A stretch of DNA of 64,000 bases from contig OZ316775.1 in assembly GCA_973851085.1 (NCBI GenBank), positions 22,506,001 through 22,570,000 of the forward strand, written 5' to 3'. Under the pieces are notes generated by a model. The model was not told the DNA's origin. It saw nothing but the letters and a program-made list of their open reading frames with translations, and did not search any database. Position 1 is the first letter of the stretch, and every line of letters begins with the position of its first letter. The position numbers and the translations under genes are program-made. Of this stretch, positions 1 through 13,404 are shown piece after piece. Source of the stretch: Ptychomitrium polyphyllum (lineage: Eukaryota).

Positions 1-1498
1 GTCATATAATGAAAATAATTGATACTTAATGTGGAAATATTTCATCTAAAATGATGAATATTTGAAAGAAAATATGGTACTTCATTCCATTATAATTGAA
101 AACCTTATGGCAGCTTCTATATGCTTCAAAGGAGAAATAAAAATAAAAATTCTTTCAAATGAATTTGCATATTTGATTGAAAAACTTCATTTTGAAAATG
201 ATCAAATGTTAGTAGAAGAGTACATCTTTATGGAAGGAAAAGATGTTGTATAACAAAACCTATGTACAAATGAATTGGTACAAATGGCTTTAATGTTGAT
301 TTATATAAGGAACTTGAATTTAATGTTGATTTGAATGATTTAGGTCATACGGATGAACAACCTCCTTCAATTTCTAAATTTGAAAATGCAAAGCTCATTA
401 TATTGTCTCATACTATTGTGGAAAATTCTATTCATTTAGTATGTAAAATTTCGTTAGTACTCAAAGAATAATTGGAAAGTTCAACAAGCTTAATATTGCA
501 AATCTTGGTAGACAACAATAAACAACTTTACACTTTTTTTCCAATTTTTTTAATTGTAAATATTCATATGTATATTTATTAAAAATATTTCCAATGTTTT
601 ATAATCATTGTAATATAATTCCATATTTATTTTGGTCAATATTTGAAAATCTCAATGATACAATACCAAATGCTCTAAATATCATATATTTAAGAATGAT
701 ACATATTGATTATACAATAGTTTCATTGTTTTCCAAACTTATTTTAATCATAGAAGAATAATAATATATGAAATCGATGTAAATGCTTTTTATTAATTTG
801 AAAAATGAATTCAAATTAAAGATTCATCATTGTAATAATAATGACACAATAATATTAGCTATTTCAAATTGATGCGTTTTTGCATTACCATTCAAAAAGA
901 TTTGTTAAACATTAGTAGTTCTTAGAATAAAGTATTAACTAAAATGACTTCCAACTTTGGCTATAATACAATATTAATGAGTGTTATTTGCAACTAAATG
1001 TTAGATCATCAAGAATGAATCATGAATAAAATTTCTATTGTTACACATATTTTTTTATGAAGGATATTTATTGCACTATTGGAGAGGCATATATGTTAGG
1101 CATGCGTTTTTTGGAATTACAAAATCATAGAATTTTTTTATAATTCAAGAATTGATCTGTAGCCTATTTTATGAATATTCTTCAAAGTATTTTTAAGTTA
1201 TTTAAAGTATACATTATATTGGTTATAAATATATATTGAATACTTAGTAATGGTTTATTAAACTTGCAAGGTAAATTTGGTCAAAGCAAGAGTTTTTCAA
1301 TATTGTATTTGACTTTTATGGATCTACAACTTTCCATCAATATCTTATGTACATTTATATTTGCACATCCAAGGTATAGGCATGCATGAAGGTTTTACAT
1401 GTGTGGTATCATGTATATAAGGCACCTCCATGCACTTCTTAAGTTATATTCTATGACTATTCATTCCAAAATTTAAAATTTACATCAAGAACCTAACA
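1..1498 (+). mobile_element. Degenerate LTR retrotransposon 3' end (internal remnant, PPT-like tract, 3' LTR 1094-1498)
   Basis: Very AT-rich with no intact ORF. Purine tract GGAGAGG (1081-1087) precedes TGTTAGG (1094); its 7-bp inverted repeat CCTAACA ends at 1498, giving TG...CA termini. Confidence 0.55.
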
Positions 1499-4400
1499 TT
1501 CCATACTTTCAATTTTCAATATTTTCCATATATAATTTTACACAAAACAAAACAATCAAAAACACAATCTTGTGCCCCATCACAAGAGGATTATGAAGAT
1601 TCTATATTTATCTTTTACTTTGAAGTGATTGTTATAACATTGGCATTTAAAGATGTGCAGTCTCAAGTTTTAAACTAGTATGAAATTGCAATGTAATGAT
1701 ACCAAATCCAACTTCTACTGCATAGAAATGAACAAGGTAACTTTCCTACTTCCAAGGGAAGGATCCCATATTACTGATCTAGAGCTCTGAGCAACTCACA
1801 GCTGATTAATTTTAACATAAACCCGACCATAGGTCATTTTGTTGTGTTAAAAAAGGAGAGGTGGATTTACTCTTGGTTTTGGCTTTTGTTCCTTAAGTGC
1901 AATCATTTGGGCCATAGATGAGAAAGAGTTTGGTCCTAACCCTACTAGATGAATTTGAAGTGAATAGATTCACTCCTCCATCTGCATCTGGCCACCTCTC
2001 CTATCATCAAGTGATGGTAGGGTCCTATGCCCAGGCCCATTCTCTCCTTTTTCCTACAATGGTCTTAATGGGTGGCTTTCAGTGACATCATCCAGTGGCC
2101 TTCCAAGTTACTTGAGTATCTCGTGTAACGTAGGTAGTTGCAGTTTCCTATAAGAAATAAATAATTGACCTAACTCAACATTAGGGTTATTCACATCAAG
2201 CCTCCCTCTGGCAAGAAACTTGACTTGGTATCCTGCTTGACGGTGCATCTCAGTGAATAGACCATGCATAGTATCCATTCATAGCCGCCCAAAGCTAGAT
2301 CTGTCTTGATGAGTTTCAGCACCTTCCAGTATCCAAACCTTTGAACGAGGAGAGACTTTGGGATCTACAATTATAGAGCACTATCTTAAAAGTTTGGTTT
2401 TTTGAGTTGAATTTATGAGGAGTTTCCAACTAAGTCAGACTAGTGTAAATATCCCAACGATGGACTTCACAGATGTCAATCCAGTGGGAAAAAACCTCAG
2501 ATCTTACTTGAACGGATTTATTATTGCAACATGCAGTTTGCTTTTGTAGCTCCAGGGTCACAAGAGTGTAACTTTAGTTTATGGACCTCTAACTTACTTA
2601 GACAACTAGGCTGTTTGTGAAAATACTGATTCTGAAGAGAATATCACCAGTTCAAAGTTATGGTCCAATAGTTTGGTCCAAAGGACCTTCAGCCCAAAAT
2701 GGTTTGACTGGGTTCTGGTCATAGAAAGCCATACTTTTTGTGCAATTTTAAAAGAACACAATAATCCTCAGGAAGTTCAACTTCCCTACACAACTCTCAA
2801 GTTGACGTCAAAATGGCACAATCTCCGTCCAACCAGGATGAACATTCATGGACAATACATCTTTTATGTCCCGCCCTATATTTCATGGATGGCTGCAGGG
2901 TACCACCCAAGTACATGCTCGCCATGAGTTATGCAACACTCAAAACCGACTTAAAACGTGCTTAGATATTTTGTACTCCAATGGCCTCATTTGCAGGAGA
3001 CCTAGGAGCTTTTTACTATCCCATGGCACTGTTTTTACATGCAACTCTTTTGAGACTCCTTCCTAGAACAGACACTTCAAACCAGTGAATCCCATATAAA
3101 ATGGATATTCCCATTACATGCAATGCCACAGCGGATGAGCATCAGCTGCTGAAACATGACCACTCACCAGCTCTCTCAAAATGGCGCACCCTCAATGGCT
3201 TCACCGGCGGTAGCGGGTGGGCACGAGCACGACGACCTGCAGTCGCAGGGTACGACAGTAGCTACTGTATTCTACCGCCTCCCTCCAGTGTTCCCGACTA
3301 GAAACAATCCGTCGTCCATGGGCAACGACAGACGACGAAAAAAGAAGGTCCTTACTTACCGCACTAAAGTATACCCAGAACCGTCACCCTCCCTAAAACC
3401 ATATAATCAACCAAGTACAATACTTGCAGTTTCTGAAATCTAAATGTTTAAGATACTGTCGCTTTTGAATGAAGTGTTGTTGACAAGTATGCTTCTCTCT
3501 CTACATAAGTGCGGCACCTAACATAAAAACGCCATAATATAATTTTGGAGAATTTAAATAGCGTAAATCTACTTTTCTAATAGATGATGTTGGTTCTAGA
3601 TGGTATTGATGGTTTTAGGTAGTCGTCCATTGGTTCTGATAGCAACTACCGCCGGCGCTCGCCCTTCCTTTTCTCGTCACCAATCCTTGCTCATCGTCGC
3701 AAATCGTCGACGACTAGCGACGAGAAAGTGACGAGCAAACGCGAGCGTAGCAGCAAACTGGACGATTACGAAGCGGACGACGGGACGCTGCGCGACGGAG
3801 AAGGAGCGAGGAAGGGAGCAAAGGGGAAGGCAGAGCAGGAAAGGGAAGCGCTGTCTCTGCTCGGAGAGCTTGGCAGGAATTCCTTGAGAGGCGCGGATCA
3901 CCGATGCCGTGATCCGGAAACCTGCACCTCGACGAACGCTCTTCTTCCTCGCCCGGAGATCTATCCGTGGAGCGTCGCGCCGCCTCTTGCCGTGCCGTGA
4001 CGGTGAAGCTATCGCTGCTCTAAGGTGAGGAGAAACTCCCTCTTCTGCGCCGTTTGGAGACCAGCAGATGAGGCGCTTACCTTGAGGTGAATACTCTAGT
4101 GTCACCGCCACGACACACGATGGTTAATGATCGAATGCTGTGGCTAAGAACTCCCTGAACTCCCTAAGATTTGAGATGGTTATGGTGTGAGTGAGGGAGT
4201 GCGATATACGCATCGCTCTCTGTTTAGCTCTCACATGCCGTGTGGCGATGGAATTGTTGGAGAAAACTGCGCTGTCGGTACGTCTCTGTGATGTTGGCGA
4301 GCGTAGACGTTTACATGGATCGTTGCTTGGTTTGGTTTGGTTTGGTCCGGTTTTGCTTTGGAATGTTTTGGTTGCTATATGCATTGGCTGATGTCGTTTT

Positions 4401-5600
4401 CGGTTGACTTAGCGCTTAAACTAGCGTAATCGGAGGTAATGCGTTCCGTTCAAGCCTGATAGCGAGTGATCTGGTGGATGCTTAGTTAGCGTGGTGAGAT
4501 GTACATGGCAGGTTTGTGTACTGGCGTCCTTGTAGGAGTTTTGGTTGGCTGGTCAGTGTCCCCGTTTTGTTGATGGTGGAGGACGGACTTGGTGATGAGA
4601 TCTTAGCGGCTAGTATAATTAGCAGAATGGAAGTTACGTATTTCCGGAAGGGAGTTGTTTTGGATTTGGACGAGGCGCCTTTTCGTTATGGTTGAGTTGA
4701 CGCTGTGTAGCCTGCTTTTATGCTCTAAGTGCTCACACGAACATGAGGGCTTTTTGAATGCGAAGAAATCGGAGATACTTTTGCTTTTGGAATGTGGTCT
4801 ACTGCATTTCCAGTGGGAAACTGGTGTACCTCTAGGCTGACGTAGATCCTTCGAGCGGAGGGCTTACACCTTTGGTTGGACGGAGTTTCATGAATTTTTT
4901 AAAATATAGGGACTTTCTTCTGTATTTTGAAATCTCTGTTTTATTGTGCTTGTTGCTTTGGATTTGGATTTGGAAATGTGGCTGGTTGTTTCGACCATTT
5001 CACACTCTGGACACCGGATTTCTCATCAGATATATAGCTGGTTAACTACCAGCATTAGGAAAGTAGGTTTATTTTAAAGGAGCGTCACGCGTTTGAGGTC
5101 GGGTATGTGGTGGATCGTATATCTGCTCTTATCCTATCCCTGTTTTGGGACTGATTTGACGAGGAATTATTGTGATTGTTATAGCGCTTACGTGAAATAT
5201 GCTGTTAAGCTCAATCCTGTATTGTAGCAAGTTTAAATTGCTCTAGGTTTTTGGAGTTCGAAACCCAATCACCATAGCGCGGAGATGATAATAAAGGAAG
5301 CTGCTCTATACATTTATTGTATGGTCATCCTGAGTAGTCATTTCCTCGCACAGCATGATGATTGCTGATGGTAGTGTTTGTCTTCAGGATTTTCTTAGGA
5401 GTATTGATGATCTCAGTTCTATGTCTGGTATTTATAGATCCTGTGTGTATGGTTCCAGCTGCTGGAAATGAATTTCGACATTTTAATATCCTCAGAGAGA
5501 CGAGAAGGGCTTGTGGACAGGCTTGTCCGTTTTTTAATTGTGAGTGACATGTATTCATCCGTAACGTGGAGCTACTTGTGTGTGGCTTCAGGGCCAAAAA

Positions 5601-8242
5601 ATGTCTCGGCCCAACATGGCGTCGAATGTAAAGGAACTGCGGGAAATTATCGATGCCTGTGAGTTGCACCGCGTTGAACCTAACTTCAATTTCATATTTA
5701 TTCGTTCCTATCTGGGAATTATTCTAAGATCTGTATGTGCTGATATTTGATGTCTGTAGGCTTGCCACACTGTTTTGCTGATTTTGATTTACTAGGATTC
5801 GATTCGTCTATTTCCCGTTTGGAGAATTTTGCGTTGTTGGAGCCAGTATCTCTTATTTATAAACTTGTTTGTGCATGTTTCGACGAAATTTGGCAGTGGA
5901 CGCACCTTTTCGTTCAAGTTTCGAGGTACGTTATAAAGTTTGGCATAGAATCGAGTGTTACTCTTGTTCCTGGTAGTGTTCTGAAGAAGGAGAAACGAGG
6001 TTGCTTACAATATTTAATTTTTTGTAGAACATGCATGGTGGTTATCCCGAATCTACATTGGAACGCTTCCTGAAAGCAAGAGATGGCGATGTAACCAAGG
6101 CTTCTAAAATGGTGTGCATCATAACTACATGTTTTCTCATCTGGCTCTAGGTTAATGCGGATTGAGTTAATTGTATAATATGTGAGTAATGGTTGACAAC
6201 TGGTTGTGCAGATTGTTGATTGCTTAAATTGGAGAGTCAATAATAAGATTGACAATATTCTTGCGGTAAGTTATTATTGGCATGGTATTGTAATGTATGG
6301 AGCCAGTAAATATGATTTTCATAAGTATTCGACATGCTCGTTGTGCGATAGCTTTTTCTTGTGTTTGACGTAAACACGATTGGACGCTCACTGTTGTATG
6401 TGTGCAGAGCTGTACAAGTGCTTATTGCGATTTAATTTGACTTAATTTCTTTTGGTTACGCAGAAACCCATATTGCCAAAGGAGAAATTTGATGCTATTC
6501 GACAGAGTCAACTGATTGGCTTCTGCGGTTATTGCAAACAGGTTAGCTTTTCCTTCATTTCAAAAGTTATGGTTTCTTAATCAATCTTACTAGTGCTTAT
6601 TGGCTCTTATTATCAGAGAGTTGGTATGCTTGTGCAAGGAGAACTCTTGACCTGGGAGGATGTTCAATTGCAGTTACCAATGTTGGTTAAAGTGTTGCCT
6701 TGTATTTTCTTTTGGGCTAGTTTCTGTCAATAGCTTCAACCATTTTGGATTTTGCCGTATCTCACATTTTTTGTGTTTTCTCAATCGTATTTCAGGGTCG
6801 ACCTGTGTTCGCAATTGGTGTCGGCAACAGCACTTTTGATCAAGCATCAGTGAGTGACTTCTTTATTTCGCCAATCTCTGCTCGAGGGTTTCACATCTGA
6901 ACACATTTTTGTCGGTATCGTGTAGTACAGAATGTTTCGTAGGAAGCGCTTCTTTAGTTTAAATGATCTCTTACGATGGCGTCTTTATATTTAGGGAATC
7001 TGACGGGTGAAGATATGCACCTCTGTATTCGGAATATCATTTGATTTCAGTAATTGCAGCATCTGCTGAGCCGAACTTCTGGCAATATGTAAGCCATACA
7101 TAAGAACAATGCAATATTTTTCTGTTCCGTCTGCAGGTAGACAAGTACGTCCAGTCACATATACAGATCAATGAGTACAGAGACAGAATAATTCTGGTAA
7201 GGTTCCTTTAGTATGCAGATATATGCTCTCTTCTTTGTTTCCAAATGCTTGCTTTCTTGCTGATCTGGTTTCAAAGATCTCGATTTCTGCTGATATTTGA
7301 GTTGCATGCTTCACAGCCTGACATCAGTTTGAAGAAAGGGCGGCATGTGGGAACTTGCATAAAGATCTTGGATATGACTGGCCTCAGGCTCTCTGCTTTC
7401 AGCCGACTGAAGACCTCAACAGCTATGGCTACTGTTGATGATTTGAATTACCCAGAGAAAACTGATACTTACTACATTGTTAATGCACCATATGTATTTT
7501 CTGCATGTTGGAAGGTATGCAGTTTTTTGACGTGGGTTTGAGATTTGAGTATTTCATATATACATATATATAGAACATTTTAAATCTGTAAAAATACTAA
7601 AACTCTGTAATATTGAAACCTTCCGTTGGGAAATAGAGCCTCACTACTTTCTGTACCTGTTGAGTAGGCAGTGAAGCCTTTGTTGCAAGAAAGGACGAAG
7701 CGCAAAGTGCAAGTTTTGAGGGGCAACGGGCGGGAGGAGCTACTACAGGTTCACTCGCTTCTTGTGAAGGCCTTGGGGAGATCAATGCTGAAAACGAATT
7801 TTGAATGTGTTTTAAGATGTGAGACTTTAAATAACTTACGGTCGTATGTAGGTGCATGGGGATTGATGTTGGCTGGTTTTGCTCTTAGGTGATGGACTTT
7901 GACACCCTACCTTCCTTCTGCAAGTCCAATAATGTTTCATCCGACAATGTCCCCGAGTTGGACGTCTTCTCGCCAAATCACAAGTTTCATGCGGAGCTTT
8001 ACAATTATATTCGACAAAAGGCACTTTCCTCTGGCAGAACTATCAACAGTCTCTCTTCTGAGGGATCCTTGCACATCAAAGTTCCGACTTTAGATGAGCA
8101 GGATCAGCACTCTGAGACCTGCGAAGTTGTTCATGCGATTGAGACTGTTTTGCCAACTTTGGAGGCTGCTCAAAATTCCTCAGACGAGAATCATAATGAC
8201 AAGCTGACCACCAAAATTGCTGGTATTCAAGTAAGTACGTGA
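5601..8242 (+). CDS. SEC14-like CRAL-TRIO lipid-binding/transfer protein, 10 coding exons
   Basis: Phase-consistent GT-AG exons: 5601-5658, 5897-5925, 6028-6111, 6212-6265, 6464-6541, 6796-6849, 7137-7196, 7317-7514, 7668-7748, 7889-8242. Motifs LERFLKARDGDV, YVQSHIQINEYRD, KILDMTGL, DDLNYPEKTDTYYIVNAPYVFSACWK, KPLLQERTKRKVQVL. Probable 5' UTR exon ends at the donor after 4024. Confidence 0.93.
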
Positions 8243-9428
8243 TCAGTGATCATACCTACAGATTTATCGGGAGCTTCACTTAGAGTCACTATCATTCATT
8301 TGCCTATTTGAAAGTGCGAATGGATGGAGAATTCTGATTTATAGGTTACACTCAACCAACTGAGATGCCTATTTATTGTTTGTCACTTACTACACATAGT
8401 TATTCATGTAGTTCCTATGTGTAGTTTGTGTGATAGGTCATGATAGGTGTGATCCTTGCAGTGCACCTTGCTTCCAAGGAAGAGCTAAATTTGGCTAACT
8501 TGTCTTACTCACCGTAGGGGGTGACATCTTGCTTTTGGCTTGCCTTGCTGCTCCTGGCACTGCATTTTATAAGAGGATTGTTATGAACGAGATCGTGAGG
8601 TGAACATTCAGCTCAAAACCGCAGCGAAAGCGGACATCATTGATAATTATATATGTTAGACGTGTTGCTGAACTCTTAATGAGCTGCATCTTCCAAACGG
8701 GGAGATTTTGCGGTTCTATATAACTTTTGTATCTTAATTGCTACTGCAATGCACTAGTTTAAATTCAATTCATGCCAATTTGATCTACGATTGTGAATGC
8801 TTTCATGTAAAAGGCCTCTATTGCGTACATTTAGTATGTGAATGGAATCTAATATTTGGATTGTCACGAACTGGATGACATTCTTTACATCCTTTGGTAT
8901 TGATTATTGGGTTTTCCACAGAGTTTATTTAATCCTGTAGTTCTTTGATTGTCATCAGCTCCATACGGTTTCTTGACCTTAATATTTGAGTCTTCCTCCT
9001 GACGACGTTCGAGAAGATAAGCAACACTATTTACACAATTGCCTTGCTTGGGGATCCTGATGACGAGTTTCAAGCCTGTAATATACGTGAACTCTCATGT
9101 CATGAGCACGAAGGAGGCGAGTTCTGGTCATATGCTGATCGTCTATTGATTAAACACTTACACCGCCTGACGACAGTCTGGGCGTTGAAATTATTTTTCC
9201 ATCACCTCAAAAATCCTTATATTTCGATGGACTCGCTTATGTTACGTTGAATCTCAATGACATGCTCATGTTTACAGTGCTCTACTTCTATCGGGTTCAC
9301 TTCATGGATCATAGAAATCCTGATGCACGGGCCAGCAATAGCTGCCCAACTTTTTGCACGACTCCGCAGGAATATTTGCGAAAAGCATGTTCTAGAATAT
9401 CACAAAAGAAATTTAACTGTCAAGAATT

Positions 9429-11130
9429 CTAACTATTGTGCATGCATGACCACTTGCGGAAACGGTTGGCACTGAGAATATGCGGTCTTAACGTACGTCG
9501 AAGTAGCCGATCGACACCTAGGCTTGTTCGGACCTCGAGAAACGCTACCCTGGTGCCTAATCCGACAAACGCAAAGCCGTCGACGACAAGATTGCTGTTC
9601 ACCATGAGACGCGGCATGGGGTGCGTCCACAAGACATGCCCTGTTTTGGCATCCAGAGGCAGATACCCTCCCTGCCTCCACCATCCCGGAAGCATTCCCA
9701 TTCGACCCTCCGAACACCGCCCCAGTCGCATGCGTCAACTGCAACCAATCCATGGCTCACAAGTGCTTTGGGATAACGTCCATGGCAACCAGGCATGAGT
9801 CTGTTAGAGCGCGACTGTCACAGAAAATCATGTCAAGCATGCAGGAAAGGCAACTGAAATCTGCCAAAGGTCATGATATGAACTTTGCCCCAAAACTATG
9901 TCGACCAATGCGTTTTTAGAAATGTTCAGTTTGAAAGTATTTACGTAAGCAGCTGGACATAGTTTAAGGGCCATTTTAATATGTCACATATTAGTTGTGA
10001 AAATAGACAACTCAATTGGCTTTACAGGGGGGTTGGTCGAGAAATTCTCGGGGTTGGCGGTGGACCAACATCCATGGCTATCCATCCTCCTCGCCACACG
10101 ACATCCGTCGAAGGTAGCTGCTTGAACTCCGCCATGCCGTTGTTGATGATGTCCGTGAACACGCGCTTGCCGTCCGTTGTCATACCCCACGAGCTGCTTC
10201 CCAAATGCCCTCCGGTTCCCAATATTCAATCGGTCACAGCACAACCGTGATCTTACACTGTAAGTGACCTATATGCGAACCGAAGTTATATGTCACAGGA
10301 GAGAAGGAATGGCGCATTGCGCACCGTGACCCAGACTTGGGCACCGCTGCTACGTTCCAGAGCCCAGATGAAACCAGTCTTCTGGCCTACTATAATAATA
10401 TCGCGGCTGGGAGCGACGTCGGGTTGGATAGTCAGCAACATGCAGTCTTTCCGGAGTCCTAATCCTCTCCAGAGCTGCCTGGGCAGTTGAGGCTTGCAGA
10501 GTTGATGCTGCATGCGAACACAAACACATCCGAGCCCGTGTTCGGCAGTTAAGGAGTTGCGCGACGGAGTCCTTCCCGGTGTTCACTGGAATTCCGGCCG
10601 TGAGTTGCGTCAGATTCTTCTCCCACAAGAGCTTGACTGTGTTGCCGGGTTTGCAGATTGCCGTTCCAGCAGGGGAAGTGCATCACCCCTTTGGACACAG
10701 TGGGCGTGGCCATGACGTCCGCCTCGGTGATGCACTCCCACTTCTTCTCCAAGCCGAGCACCGAATTGGGATTGATCTTCCGCTCCTGGAACGCACTCGG
10801 TGGTAAGGTAGGGTCCTCCATGGCCACTGCAATATCAACACAGATACACACATACACGCAAGCAAGAATTCAACGCACAAGCTTCAATCGCAACACTATG
10901 TGCAAAAAAGTCTAAACTAGATTCATCGATCATGAGGGGAAAATAAGGTCTACATGATGTCATTATAACATAAGTCAATTAGCAGCTTTCGAAGATTTAT
11001 GGATGCTAATACATACATCACCATTTCTTTGGCTGGGGTACCGAGGATCTTCTGCTGTCTGTGAGCGCCCAAGGGCAACACTTAACGTCACCAGAAATAG
11101 ATTTGGAGCAACCAAGAAGATCCATCTCAT
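9429..11130 (-). pseudogene. PQQ beta-propeller / polyvinyl alcohol dehydrogenase-like pseudogene
   Basis: Signal-peptide exon MRWIFLVAPNLFLVTLSVALG (ATG 11130). Family-like blocks KINPNSV..KKWE..DVMATP..FPCWNGNL, LLWEKNL, IIIVGQKTGFIWALERSSGAQVWVT, GSSSWGMTTDGKRVF, LDAKTGHVLW lie in different frames without intervening splice sites (e.g. frameshift near 10650). The central part appears deleted. Confidence 0.8.
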
Positions 11131-12314
11131 ATATACACTCTACTAGTGTTTGTGTAAAATCCTCAAGAATGGTGGATTAATACTTGGTGGGTTGAGAAAC
11201 CCGTTGGTTCTGGATAGTGACCCTGTAAACTCACCTGCAATCCATGGCAGCTAGAAAATTGATTGAAGATGCCTTTGCAGCAGAAAAGATGCTACAACAC
11301 ACTCAGGTGCTTCCTCATCCTCTTGCAAAATTCAAGCATTTTTGGAGCTCTCTTGCCAAGTTTGGCACTCTACTTAGTTTGCGTGTTTGACGGGTCGGAG
11401 GAGAAAAAAACTCCACAAGACACATCAATGAACTACAACTCGGGTAGGCAGTCAACATCCTTTGAGGAAACAAGCATATGAAACTCAATGCTATCGTTCA
11501 CCTTGAAAACCTCAGGTCGAAGCTTCAGAAGTATGGAGATAAAACGACTTTGGACACAGTTTTCTGCCGTTCCTTCTTAATGGTGGGACAATACAGATTC
11601 TATGACCATTTGAAAATCTTACATGAGCATTCAGAAACTTTTTGTTTTGCAATTGGACACGACGACCGCATCAAGGGGTAGTAAGAGGTCTTCTTCACCT
11701 TTCCTACGACTTACCCTCCCGATTCTTTCGCTCTTACCTAAAATAAAAACCTAGAACTTAATGATAATATAGTTTCTTACACCAAAAACTGATCCAATAC
11801 TATTCGGTCCAAAACTTGATCCGGAAAATTGCATAAATTTCCAGTGACAAACCTCTTTCACCAAACTGTTGCGGAATTCCATGTGACTCCTTTTAGAGGC
11901 TGTACGTGCAGTTCATACAATCGTGAACTACGTTCAAAACGGCAAGTTCCTCAAAGACCACAGCACATTCGCCATAGCCACCAAGCAAAGCAAAAGATGC
12001 ACCTAAACCCTAAACCTTGTACATAACCTCAAATGCAGACATTTCCAGACAATTATCTACAATTTGAGGAGTACTCCATCATTCACAACAATAAATCAAA
12101 ATCGAGTGAGAAGATGACGACTCGGTAAATGGTCAATACGTGAACCTTATCATGACGACCAAAAGGTTTATTACCGTGAAGAAACGACACATGTGAATTT
12201 ATTGCATTTCACAAGGTCACTTAAGATGCATACTTACTCTGCCTATGATTATGTCAAAACTTTATCAATTGACCAAAAACAAGGCATTCTTAGACTAAAG
12301 AGTTAAAGATCATA

Positions 12315-13404
12315 TCACTTACTGATATCACAGCAAAGAACGCCCACCTCCTTTGCGAAATCTGCAACCTCCGGAGGAAGCGCGTAGCCAGCAACGACGG
12401 GGAGAACCGAAAATGCCGGTCCCACGGCCCTGCGCCACAGTTCCGACCTCTGGAGCGCTTTCTCAACGTCTGGCCTCTGAATGAAAGCTGCAAACATTGT
12501 TGTCGTGCATACCAGCAACATGGGTCCGCATAATCCCGGGTGCACGCCTTGAAGGACTAGGTCGACTTGACCGGCGTCTTGAGACTCGTCTCGAGACAGC
12601 AAGGATTGAGAGGCAGCGACGGTGAGCATGAATTCTGCAGCTTCCGAGGAGAGGACCCTCGGATTGACGCAAACGTCGCCAAAGAGTACACTCGCCTTGT
12701 CCACCAATGCTTGGGATGCAGCGTCCATAGTTACGGGCAAGCGGTATGTCAGGGTCTCAGATACTGTAGTCGCGGTGCTGCGCAGTATCGATGTCTCCTT
12801 GCTCGCTAGCCTGAACTTCAGTTGATCGAAGAGCTCGTTTCTCCAGTCGAAGTTCACTGTCGGCAGAAATGAACAGAAACCATCAGAAAGGAAAATGGCT
12901 ACAACGGATTCAGAAACAGAAAACTAACACATCAAAGCTGCGAGTTTTAACACCACCAAGAATCAAAAGCCAGTTCTGCTCACGGCAACGAACTCCCTCG
13001 CTTATACTCATCCTAAAAAGCAAGCAAAACCCCAGACGAACCGACTTCGAGACATGCAACACAAATGCCAACACTTTTGCGGATGCCAATCTGCAGAATC
13101 ACTTCATTACAGAAAATCAATCAATCACCACGATCACATCCAGCCTTAACCCACTCCGAACTTGGAATCTTGACCCACACATGCAACAAACTCAATTGGT
13201 CGACACAGACGCAAACTGAGAACAAACCCAAAGCTAGAAACGAAGAAACCTCAATCCTCTGTTCAGAAAAACTTAACCAACAGTTTGCCGACCACAACAT
13301 ACAACACCACCATACGCCCTGCTCATCCGGCTGGCTCTGGCATTGCAGCTGCTCGCGCCCACGAATGATCGGGCCTCACAGCCGCAGTGCATCGCCCAAA
13401 CCAT
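12315..13404 (-). CDS. Uncharacterised ~219 aa protein: transit-peptide-like N-terminus plus prokaryotic-type restriction-endonuclease-like (PD-(D/E)XK-like) domain
   Basis: Hand-built phase-consistent exons 13404-13316, 13012-12984, 12856-12315 (660 nt), with an optional 9-nt exon 13258-13250. The last exon is a GC-rich 180-codon ORF containing VDLVLQG...DVEKALQRSELWRR...LPVVAG. A strong donor (ATCA/GTAAGT) just before the stop makes the C-terminus uncertain. Confidence 0.65.
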
